A DNA stretch of 64,000 nucleotides, taken from positions 21,452,001-21,516,000 of the forward strand of contig NC_043015.1 of assembly GCF_006345805.1 (NCBI RefSeq), read 5' to 3'. Every line of letters starts with the position of its first letter. Position 1 is the stretch's first letter. This document shows, one piece after another, positions 53,196 to 64,000 of this stretch. The position numbers and the translations under genes were made by a program. This DNA is from Octopus sinensis. Its lineage: Eukaryota. The notes below the pieces were generated by a model that saw only the letters and a program-made list of their open reading frames with translations, ran no database searches and was not told the DNA's origin.

Positions 53196-53328
53196 TACAC
53201 ATACATACATACATATATATATCCATTTATATAACTTAGAATAACCTAGAAAGGTTTCAGCCAGTATTGGCCCAGGCCATATCTAACTTAATATCACCAC
53301 CTGGCTATATATATATATATGTGTGTAT

Positions 53329-53373
<45 letters not shown>

Positions 53374-53381
53374 CCTACATG

Positions 53382-53427
<46 letters not shown>

Positions 53428-53464
53428 TTCTAGATATGTATATGTGTATAAATACATATATATA

Positions 53465-53520
<56 letters not shown>

Positions 53521-53523
53521 TAT

Positions 53524-53559
<36 letters not shown>

Positions 53560-53594
53560 TAGACACATAATCTATCAATCTATCTATTGATGTA

Positions 53595-54746
53595 TCTATA
53601 TGTATATTTGTCTGTCTACACATATATAACACCCTAATGGGAGCCTTAACTCCCAAATTTTAGTAATTTCTTTTATGATCAAAAACTAGGTCAAAAGTAC
53701 TGAATGGATCTTTATGAAATTTGGAAATTATATTCTATGCATAAGGGCCATAACCCCCATGACAATTCATATATTTTGCGGTTGATGAAATTTTTACCAT
53801 AGATATTGGATAGAAATGAAGTATTATTTATAAAATTTCATCTTCTTAGAAGTTAGAAAGACCCCTCCATGGGGACTTAACACCCACAATTTTGTCACTT
53901 TATCTAAGTAAAAACGAATACAGTTGTGCTCTTGGAAGCTATGGGTTTACCCGAGCATAAAAGATGAGCATTATTTGTAATTCAATGGTACAATAGTTTA
54001 AAAGTTTGCTTCGACATACATTTACAATGTGATTTCTGCAATGTGGTGCATAATTTGTCAAGTAAATGAGAGGCACCTTTGCCTCCACTGATTCAGTTGC
54101 AAAGTGTTGAGTAAAGTTACTTGATTGCAGCCCTCCCGCCACTCTTTTTCTTATCACTGGGTCAAACACAGACCCCAGATGGAAACATTGATTTCAAGGC
54201 CTTCCCAGATGAGTAACTGGTTATTCAAAGACATTTATAGATTGTAAATTCATTCTGTCAACTTACGTATCAGTATAGCGTGCATTTGCAAACTCCAACT
54301 TTCATATCTCATAACTTTGGTCTATTTTACAAACCCAGTGAATATATATTTCCTATTTCAAAGAAATTCAAACAATAGATATAAGAGCCAAGTTAAAAAA
54401 GATTCTCAACAATTCAACCTCTCTGGTTAACATTAAGATGTCCACCCCCAACAGGAGCCTTAACTCTCACATTTTAGAGCTCCATGACCTTCATTTTTCA
54501 GGAGCGAAATCTTTTTAACAGGTTCAATAAGACTGGAATTTTGGAATATGTGCATAAAACTTGGTAGTATGGGATACATGTGGCACGATTACAATTTTTT
54601 GGGGTGTGTAAAGAGGGAAATAACCCTCATCTGCAATTTTGATGAAATTCGAAACATAGATATTTCAGTTCATTACAGAAAATATAACAGAAAAGACTAA
54701 TCATTCAATTGCATGTAACACGGGCAACGCCGGGTATCTAAGCTAG
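53595..54746 (+). mobile_element. Non-autonomous Helitron (5' boundary approximate)
   Basis: Canonical 3' end cgggcaacgccgggtatctaagCTAG|T (CTAG at 54743-54746) inside (TA)n. Three dispersed copies of a ccc...gccttaactccca.attt motif at about 53631, 53863 and 54446. Confidence 0.75.
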
Positions 54747-54768
54747 TATATATATATATTATATATAT

Positions 54769-54829
<61 letters not shown>

Positions 54830-54859
54830 CTATATGTATATATATATAATATATATAAT

Positions 54860-54907
54860 ATATATATATATATGTGCAGGTATACACATATACATATATA
54901 TAAATAT

Positions 54908-54977
<70 letters not shown>

Positions 54978-55197
54978 TATATATATATATAGTCTGAGGA
55001 ACTTGTACAACGTAGATGTAGGGGTTTTTAAATCAATGCTGGACCTCTTCATGCCGAGAGTTCCAGATAAACCTACCTCACGGCAAGAAGTGCATATGAG
55101 TGTATAATATGACTCTTTGGAGAATATTGAAATGCTCTGGGCCTTTGAAACCAGGCTGTTGCAGTAATTTGTGATGGCATTACTGCGACCTTTGGCG

Positions 55198-55261
<64 letters not shown>

Positions 55262-55670
55262 CATACATATTATGTCTCAGTATAATAGATGTGACATATA
55301 TATTATACACTCAGTATAATAGATGTGACATATGAGTGCATATGAGTGTAGCTATATGAAACTCCATTCTTTACCAAGTTTCACATATTAGAGGAGGCTC
55401 TTAGTAATAGCATTCTAGCAAAACGGCGGTGCATCAGCACGTGGCAACTCGCAGCTGAAACTAGAGAGATAAAAAAATATATATGTATATGTATGTATAT
55501 ATATATACATACATTTGCATATATGCATATATATGTATATATATATATGTATATATATATATATGTATATCTATATGTATATATATCCATATATGTATGT
55601 ATATGTATATTTATATGAATATTTATATACATATATATGTATAATATATATATATATGTATATATATATC

Positions 55671-55703
<33 letters not shown>

Positions 55704-55788
55704 TATGTATATATATATATATATATAATATATATATATAATATATATATATATGTGCAGGTATACACATATACATATATATAAATAT

Positions 55789-55876
<88 letters not shown>

Positions 55877-56088
55877 ATAGTCTGAGGAACTTGTACAACG
55901 TAGATGTAGGGGTTTTTAAATCAATGCTGGACCTCTTCATGCCGAGAGTTCCAGATAAACCTACCTCACGGCAAGAAGTGCATATGAGTGTATAATATGA
56001 CTCCTTTGGAGAATATTGAAATGCTCTGGGCCTTTGAAACCCAGGCTGTTGCAGTAATTTGTGATGGCATTACTGCGACCTTTGGCGC

Positions 56089-56152
<64 letters not shown>

Positions 56153-56426
56153 CATACATATTATGTCTCAGTATAATAGATGTGACATATATATTATACA
56201 CTCAGTATAATAGATGTGACATATGAGTGCATATGAGTGTAGCTATATGAAACTCCATTCTTTACCAAGTTCACATATTAGAGGAGGCTCTTAGTAATAG
56301 CATTCTAGCAAAACGGCGGTGCATCAGCACGGTGGCAACTCGCAGCTGAAACTAGAGAGATAAAAAAATATATATGTATATGTATGTATATATATATACA
56401 TACATTTGCATATATGCATATATATG

Positions 56427-56457
<31 letters not shown>

Positions 56458-56610
56458 GTATATCTATATGTATATATATCCATATATGTATGTATATGTA
56501 TATTTATATGAATATTTATATACATATATATGTATATATATATAATATGTATATATATATATATATAATATATATATACATATATATATATATCTTTATA
56601 TCTATGTGAA
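54860..56610. repeat. Tandem duplication, ~880-bp unit x2, containing CR1-like 3' end pieces
   Basis: tgtgcaggtatacac at 54873 and 55754. Both copies encode [27 protein letters not shown], similar to 43920-44020. Confidence 0.95.
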
Positions 56611-57249
56611 TGAATATATATATATGTATATATATTGTGTATGTATATGTGTGAATGTTTGGTTGAGTCCTCATCTCTCTCTCTACCTCTCTCTTTCTCA
56701 AACGCCTACTCAATTATTCGTTCGTCATCTGCCACAATATTCCTACATTATATATTCCGGTGATACGCGGAAACAATATATAAGAAATATAATAATATTT
56801 CCTGATCTCTGAATCACATCTGAACAAAATTCTCTTCTAATCACATATTTTACTCTTTCACTTTATGAGAAAATTATTGTTTTTATTGACAGATATTTAT
56901 TTTATTTTATTTTATTTTGTTTCATAATTGTTTGATTTTAAAGAAGAATTTTTCAACAGACTTCCCTTTATCAAAGACTCACAGGCACATGTGTCAGTCT
57001 ACAAATGTATGTATGTATGCATACACACACACACACGCGTATATATATATATATATATATATCTGTGTGTGTATATGTAATATATATATTATATTTATGT
57101 ATATATATATATATATAATATATATAATATATATACATATATATATACACATGCACATATATCAAGAGATAGATAGATACAGATACTCACACATAGCTAT
57201 ATATATATACAAACATACATACATGCATAAATATATATATATATATATG

Positions 57250-57293
<44 letters not shown>

Positions 57294-57393
57294 TATATGT
57301 ATGCATGTATCAAATTATTTATGTATCTATGTATTTCTCTCTATCTATCTAATTATCTATTTGACTTTCTGTCTATTATCTGCCTATGAAACC

Positions 57394-57475
<82 letters not shown>

Positions 57476-57481
57476 ATATCA

Positions 57482-57574
<93 letters not shown>

Positions 57575-57637
57575 CTCTATATATCTATCTATCTATGTAT
57601 CTATCTATGTATCTATCTATCTATCTATCTATCTATC

Positions 57638-57701
<64 letters not shown>

Positions 57702-58668
57702 CTGTCTGTCTGTCTGTTTGTCTGTATGTCTGTATATATATATATATATATATACAGAGAGAGAGAGAGTTACATGAATATAATATATTTGCTAATATAT
57801 ATATATATATATATGAAAACATATATGCATATGTATACGTGCATATGTATAAGTTTATATGTCGTTTGTATGTGTGTGTGTGTGCGTGTTTGTTTGTGTG
57901 TGCGTTTCTATCCGTGTGTAGGTGTATATCGTCGGGAGTTTAAAGTGAGACTGTAGGTGATTTCGCGTTACCTAATCAATATAAACCTCATCACGGTTTA
58001 ATAGCTCTTGTATACCTACCCACTCCCTTTCCCTTATCTTTCACACGTTCTCGCACATATATACGCACCCACCCATTGCATATATACATACTAAATACCT
58101 ATCTATATATACATACATACATACACACACACACTTATATGTGTGTGTGTCTACAATCGCACATATACACATATCTATGCAGCCAATCTAAATGTTCGTC
58201 GGAGGTTCGCTTGCTTAAAAATGTTAACAACGAACAATAGCGTGCAGAAGATATTATCTTGTAACACAATGGATACTCAACGAGAAATGTCTACACGGTG
58301 TCTACTTTCAGACATTCACAACGATTCTCTCTCTGAAACAACATAGAATAATGGAGCAGCTGTCTTTCCTTTGTTGCTAACCGTATTTGGCTTTTTGTCT
58401 CTGATGTCTATTACAAATAAAGAATACTCACTCATTTGCAAGAATAACAAACAGATCACTGGCAGTCTACTTAGCTTTTTGACTGATTACGATCAAAACG
58501 TCTATTGTCACGTGGGGTGGTTGGTGAGGTTGTTGTGGTTGTAGTGGTGATACTACTGGTGTTGGTAGTAGTAATATTTGAAGTTGAGGTAGAAATAGTA
58601 GTAACAGTTGTAGGCATTCTGGGTGCAGAGATATTGGTAAAAGTTAATATTATTGAAATTATTAACGT

Positions 58669-59145
58669 GGTGAGCTGGCAGAGACGTTAGCACGCCGGGG
58701 GAAATCCTTAGCAGTATTTTGTCTCCCTTTACCTTTTGAGTTCTAATTCAGTCACGGTCGACTTTCCTTTTCAGGGTCAATAAATTAAATACCAGTTGAG
58801 TACTGAGGTTGAACTAATCGACTGGCCCCCTTACCCAAAATTGTTCCTAGAAAAGAAAGTAATATTAAAGTTATTATCATTAATTTTATAAACTGATTAA
58901 TATAAATATCATTGTTATTAGTTGTAATAATATTGATCTCGAAATTTAGGCACAAAGGCAGAAATTTCGAATGATGGGATAAGTCGATTACATCGACCCT
59001 AGTGTTTAACTGGTACTTATTTTATCGACTCCGAAAGGATGAAAGGTAAAATCGACCTCTGCGAAATTTGAACTTAGAACGCAGAGAAGACGAAATGCCG
59101 TTTAGCATCTTACCCGGTGTGCTAACGGTTCTACCAGTTCGCCGG
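58669..59145. mobile_element. Two OR-like SINEs tail to tail (58669-58848 plus, 58950-59145 minus)
   Basis: Heads ggtgagctggcagagacgttagc and gctaacggttctaccagttcgcc, each with the conserved core. Confidence 0.85.
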
Positions 59146-59399
59146 TTAATTAGTAGTACCAGTTTTAATTCCAGAATAGTCTTTACGTTCTTAGCTTTCC
59201 TTTTATCATCCTGAGGCTGATAAAATAAGTAACAGCCTAGTAAAGAATCGATGTAATCAACGTAACCCACCCCTGAAATTACTGGCCTTGTTCCAAACTT
59301 TTTAAAGTATTATTAATTCCAGAATCTAAAGCAGCAGACTGGCAGAATCGTTAGTGCACCAGGTTAAATACTTAGTGAAAACCGATAAAAGCCCCAAGA

Positions 59400-60620
59400 A
59401 TTTGGGAGGCGAGGAACGAACGCACAAGTCGCAAATCGCTGGGATTGGATAGTCTCCCTGTGCATTCTACAAGTACATGCTGGATTGGTTTGTCAGCCTC
59501 TTGGCAGACGGCTATAATAATTAGCAGCAGAAGGGAGATCCTAGTATTGTTAGCCAGGTGTGGTGACGTTGCTGAGAAAAGACGTCGACAATGGGGCGGT
59601 GCTAGAGAGGTTTTGGTTCCTAATTCTGCTAAAAACAGAATTTAAGGTTTTGGACAAAGTTTTAGTTACAAGGTTGACGCCTGTTGTCCGTTGTCTGGTC
59701 GGAGAAGCCCAAAGGTGCTCAAGAGCGAAGAGGTCTGCCAAACAAAACAACCACCTCATGTGATACATCATACAGAGAGCTGGGTCAAACCTGTCTGTGG
59801 TTGGGCTGTGATCAATTTGGATCAATCCAATACATTCGATAGGGTCGACCATCGCTACATGGAATTCGTTCAGAAAGCGATCGGTTTCGAACCTGTTTTC
59901 AGATGATGGTTTGCTGCAATGAACATTGGCATCTGCTCAGTGGTCAAAGTAAACGGCCAACCATCGAAAGTGTTTAGCATCGCAATCTCAGCACACCAGG
60001 CGTGCCCGTCGCCACCTCTACAGTACCTGCTGGCTCTCGAGTAACCGCTGTGGAATTTGGGGCAGTTAAGGGTCATCTGTTTTGGTCTAGGACGCGGGAG
60101 GACAATGTCGGCATACAGGGACGACGTCACCCTCATAGTGTCGGATGCCTGCGGAATGGAAACTTTCGGCAAATTCTCGAAGAATATCAGTCGGTTGAAG
60201 GGTTTAAAATCAACGCCGACAAATCGGTGGGCTAGCGACAGGGCGAGTCGGGAGGTCAGCCGGTGTCGTCGGACACTGGAACAACGTACCAGTTAAGGGG
60301 CTCTGAATCCGGTTCGGTCCCAACCTACAGGTAGATAACTGGGATGAAATGACGATAGGGTGGACAAAGTTAACCTGAGATGGGCTGAGAGAAAGCTGTC
60401 CCAGAAAGGTAGGGCATTAGTGACAAATGCCTACATCACCTCCGTTGTCATTTATCGCCTGACGGTTGTACTTTGCACGGGTTATTGTTTGACCAGGCTG
60501 GAGCATCTCTTATTTTATTTCTTGTAGAAAGGACGCGTTTCAGTGGTCAGGCAGTTCGTCTGCTGCCAGGACCCTCTTAGTGGCGGATTGGGCATTCCGT
60601 GGCAAGGTACCAGTTAAAAC
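59400..60620 (+). mobile_element. L1/Tx1-type LINE reverse transcriptase remnant
   Basis: KSLGLDSLP, VTLLRKD...FKVLDKVLVTRL, INLDQSNTFDRVDHRY, VKVNG, SAYRDDVT (YADD-like), FKINADKSVG and GGLGIPW, in shifting frames. Confidence 0.85.
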
Positions 60621-60759
60621 AATCTTTTGCACTTTTTGCAGAGATGGCAAACCAGGGTTATACTTAGTAATTTTCATTATATTTTGTGATCATTCTTACT
60701 GCTTTATGATTATAATTGAAAGAGCAGTTCGTGCCATCAAAGTGATACTTGGGTACATA

Positions 60760-61235
60760 TATACGAAGCCGTATATACTCATCATGACATCTGTCTGATA
60801 AGAGTACACCAGGCACAAGCACCATAACCATATTTGCACGTCATGGTGATCTCATATCAAGATAAACAGCGCATGACCTTGCAGGTGAGGCCCAGGTAGG
60901 GTTTTCTTCAGCTCAAATAATCAATCCTGCTCAATAGGTCCTTAAGTAAGGTTTTCTCAGGATGTTGAACGAAACCTCCATGTTTCCAGATGTGAATTAT
61001 TCGAACCCCAAATAATTTATCCCAACACATGGCTATGATGCTCCCTCACAACACTTGCTCGTTATCAGAGAGACACATATAATCGGCAACTAAAGGACAT
61101 GTCCAACTGATAATATCAAGCAACTTACAAACAAATCTTTTTTGAACAGAATATTTGTTGTAGTCCTTCTTTTACCCCAAAACAAAACATATACCCAACA
61201 CTTACAATTAGTTAAGATCAGAAACCATGTATATG
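60760..61235. repeat. Interspersed repeat fragment, probably LINE-derived
   Basis: catggtgatctcatatcaagataaacagcgcatgaccttgcaggtg... is recalled as a frequent octopus repeat. No protein motif could be read with confidence. Confidence 0.4.
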
Positions 61236-61241
61236 TCGATG

Positions 61242-61265
61242 TTGTTGTTGCTGTTATTGTTGTTG

Positions 61266-61307
<42 letters not shown>

Positions 61308-61382
61308 TCACTACCTGAAATCGAACTTGAATCTTGGGGTTAGTAGCCGGCGCTCCTAACCTCTACGCCATTTGCCCATGGT
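61242..61382 (-). mobile_element. Short tRNA-derived element (tRNA-like head plus (AAT)n/(AAC)n tail)
   Basis: The minus strand has an A-box-like tggcgtagagg and a B-box-like aagttcgattt, then gtgacctgaataataat. The same head occurs at 62820-62965. Confidence 0.75.
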
Positions 61383-61834
61383 CTATTTTACAGACCACGA
61401 AAAGACGAATGCCTAATTCAGCTCAGAATTTAAGGGCCGGAAGTAATTCAAACTAAATTTTGATTGCTTCCTGTCCTTTGCATGTACGCAGAAAATATGT
61501 TTGTGGGTTTTCTATCTGAATTGGTTTTAGGGCTCCATTGTGTACCAAGTATCATGATAGAGAATTTTAGGAAGAGCCTGCAAGAGAGCATGTCTCTATG
61601 GTACAAAATCATCATCAGTCAAATGGAAAAATCTTCACACGGGATAACCATTTCGGCAACAAACGAAAAGCCAGATTGTGGGCCACAAAATCCAGCCAAC
61701 CCACCCTACAAAAATATGTGTTCAACTTGCCAGTTCTTTTCTTTATATTCTTTCCACGATATACGACGCTTTCTAGTTTATTATATTATCAAATATTCTT
61801 CATTTTCTCTCTTAATGTTTGTATTTTTAAAACT

Positions 61835-62105
61835 TTTTACTAATTAAAACATTATGTTTAATGCACATTTTTTGGTATTTTAATTAGTCGTCTCCAACTC
61901 ATAATTGCAATGTTATATTTATAAGTTAATCAATAGAGCTACCTTAGACGGTGATTTATTAATCTTTTCTACTAACGGTTCACGCACTCTTCATGTTGAT
62001 TAATAATTCCCCACTTGAGTATTTTGTACTTTTAGTCATTTCCCGTTAATTTAATATTCAGCTGAAACTGACGAAACTCTTCGATGAAAATCAATTTCCT
62101 TTTGG
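61835..62105 (+). mobile_element. Penelope-like terminal fragment with degenerate hammerhead-like core
   Basis: CTGACGA-aactcttcgat-GAAA at 62068-62089. Stem II is poorly paired in this copy. Confidence 0.45.
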
Positions 62106-62194
62106 AAAAATTACCATCGTCTTCATCGCAATCAGTCTCATCGTCGCGTCATCGTCGCTATTAACATAAGACAAAACTAATTATTTTCTACTCT

Positions 62195-62394
62195 AGACAC
62201 AAGGCCCGAAATCTTTGGGGAGGGAACCAGTCGATTAGATCGACCTCAGTACGCAACTGGTACTTAATTTATCGACCCAGAAATGATGAAAGGCAAAGTC
62301 AACCTCGGCGGAATTTGAACTCAGAACGTAAAGACAGCCGAAATACTGCTAACCATTTCGCCCGGCGTGCTAACGTTTCTGCCAGCTCGCCGCA
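62195..62394 (-). mobile_element. tRNA-derived SINE (OR-like), full length
   Basis: ...atttatcgacccagaaatgatgaaaggcaaagtcaacctcggcggaatttgaactcagaacg...ctgccagctcgccgc. Confidence 0.92.
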
Positions 62395-62586
62395 TTATAA
62401 GTCAAAAATATTTCCTAGGTTCGATGTGTCCAACTACGATTCTTGAAGTTTGTATCCCAGTATGGCCGCAGTCTGAATGAATGAAAGCTATAATAGATAA
62501 AAGGTGCATGCATACATACACCCGTACATCCCCACATAGTTATATCAACAATAACCCAAATATTGTTATTTTTATTACTTTATTGA

Positions 62587-62749
62587 ATATAGTTCCATAT
62601 TTAAAAGATGAGGAATTATGTACATTATTTACATTATTTACATTTGACAGATATTTGTCCTCGTCTTGTTTTTCTTAACACACATTTTCGGCTGATATAC
62701 CCTCCAGCCTTCATCAGGTTTCTTGAGGACATTTCGAAACAGGTTTCTC

Positions 62750-62750
<1 letters not shown>
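62587..62750 (-). mobile_element. Penelope-like terminal fragment with hammerhead-like core
   Basis: Minus strand CTGATGA-a-ggctg-gagggtatat-cagcc-GAAA (62686-62717), with a perfect 5-bp stem II. Confidence 0.65.
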
Positions 62751-62781
<31 letters not shown>

Positions 62782-62819
62782 TATTATTATTATTATTATT
62801 ATTACTATTATTATTATTA

Positions 62820-62965
62820 TTCAGGTCCCTGCCTGGAATGAAACTTGGAATCTTGGGGTTAGTAGCCCGAAATCCTAAGCACCACGCCATATGCCTACGG
62901 GTGGTTAAGAGTACGGGATACTAACCGAAAGATTCCGAGTTCAATTCCAGGCAGTGACATGAATC
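62820..62965. mobile_element. Head-to-head inverted pair of tRNA-derived heads
   Basis: The left arm (minus) and right arm (plus, gtggttaagagtacgggatactaaccgaaagattccgagttcaattccaggcagtgac) are imperfect reverse complements. Each runs outward into a trinucleotide tail. Confidence 0.85.
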
Positions 62966-62966
62966 A

Positions 62967-63001
<35 letters not shown>

Positions 63002-63054
63002 AAACTACTACTACTAATACTACTACTACTGCTACTACTACTACTACTACTACT

Positions 63055-64000
63055 AATAATAATAATAATAATAATAATATAATAATAATAATAAAAATAT
63101 TAATAATAGTATTAGTATTATTATCATCCTTATTATTATTATTATTGTTATTATTATTAATATTATTATTATTATTATTATTAATATTATTATTATTAAT
63201 ATTATTATTATTATTATTATTCTATGTTTGACTTTTGCTTTATGTCTGTACAAGTTGGCTCCAAGTCTCACCCAGAGACCTCAAGAGACAACAGGTTGGA
63301 AGTTCTGTGCCATATATTTGGGGTTTTTTCCCCTCTTTTTTTTGGTGTTGTACTAGTGAATGTCTAATACATAAAAATAAATAAATAAATAAATAAATAA
63401 AAAATGTTTGTTTTAAACCTTGGGATTACATAGAGAGTATTTTGCGTAGGATATGAGCACTATCTTTTGAATTTCTGCCATTTTGGGGTTTCCTGGTATC
63501 TGAGTTAGGTAGCAATCAGTCCCTTTCGCTATCATTCCCAGGGGACCTATGACAACAGGTATTGTTTTAGTCTTCAGCTTCCACATTTTGCTGATTTCTA
63601 TTTCAAGATCTTTATATTTGCTCAGTTTTTGGTAGGTCTTGACAGATACGTTTATATCGATTGGGACAGTCATATCAATGAGGAGGCATGTTCTTCGTCT
63701 GAAGTCTTTCAATATAATGTCTGGCCTATTTGCATCTATCTTCCTGTCAGTTTGAATGGTGAAGTTCCAGAGGAGTGAGATGTGGTCATTTTCAAGCACA
63801 GGAGGTGGATTGTGTTCCCACCAGTTTTTTTCATGGGGCAAATCCAGGTTTTTGCAAATTACCCAGTGAATATATTGTGCAGCTCTATCATGCCTACTGA
63901 GGTACTCTGTAGGCGCTGGAAGACTGCATTTGGAGACAACATGGTCAATGGTTTCATTTTGTTGTCGGCATACACGACATGTTGGGCTACTGCCGTTCTT
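63055..64000 (-). mobile_element. Young Dong/R4-type LINE 3' end (CCHC plus RLE plus 3' UTR), continuing beyond the window
   Basis: Open frame from 64000: CRVCRQQNETIDHVVSKC...RHDRAAQYIHW...WWEH...LLWNFTIQTDRKIDANRPDIILKD...LIDMTVP...KYKDL...IPVVIGPLG. An (AAT)n tail lies at 63055-63220. Confidence 0.95.

Noticed and set aside
62820-62965. Possible functional tRNA genes
   Set aside because: The acceptor stems are incomplete, the arms are mutated, and they run straight into microsatellite tails. They are tRNA-derived repeat heads, not tRNA genes.

Overview
Eukaryotic, very AT-rich, microsatellite-dense DNA. The SINE, Dong/R4 and Penelope-like repeat types look like an octopus (coleoid cephalopod) genome; this is inferred from recalled repeat motifs, not from a search. 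No intact host protein-coding gene is recognisable. Nearly all ORFs in the supplied track are translations of (TA)n, (TG)n, (ATCT)n or (ATT)n arrays, or broken transposon frames. Identifiable content: a head-to-tail cluster of Dong/R4-type LINE remnants (about 4.6-11.9 kb) holding a complete but decayed Chapaev3-type DNA transposon with TIRs and a TTA target duplication; two Helitron-type elements with canonical 3' hairpin plus CTAG ends; hAT, mariner, CR1-like and L1/Tx1-like fragments; many tRNA-derived SINEs; Penelope-like termini with hammerhead-like cores; several long inverted repeats; two ~1 kb tandem duplications that may be assembly artefacts; and a 100-N gap. The best leads for something undescribed are a tRNA-head palindrome joined to a hammerhead-bearing Penelope-like end (62.6-63.0 kb), an unclassified multi-hairpin island (47.0-47.35 kb), and one isolated 96-nt candidate exon (40454-40549, minus strand).
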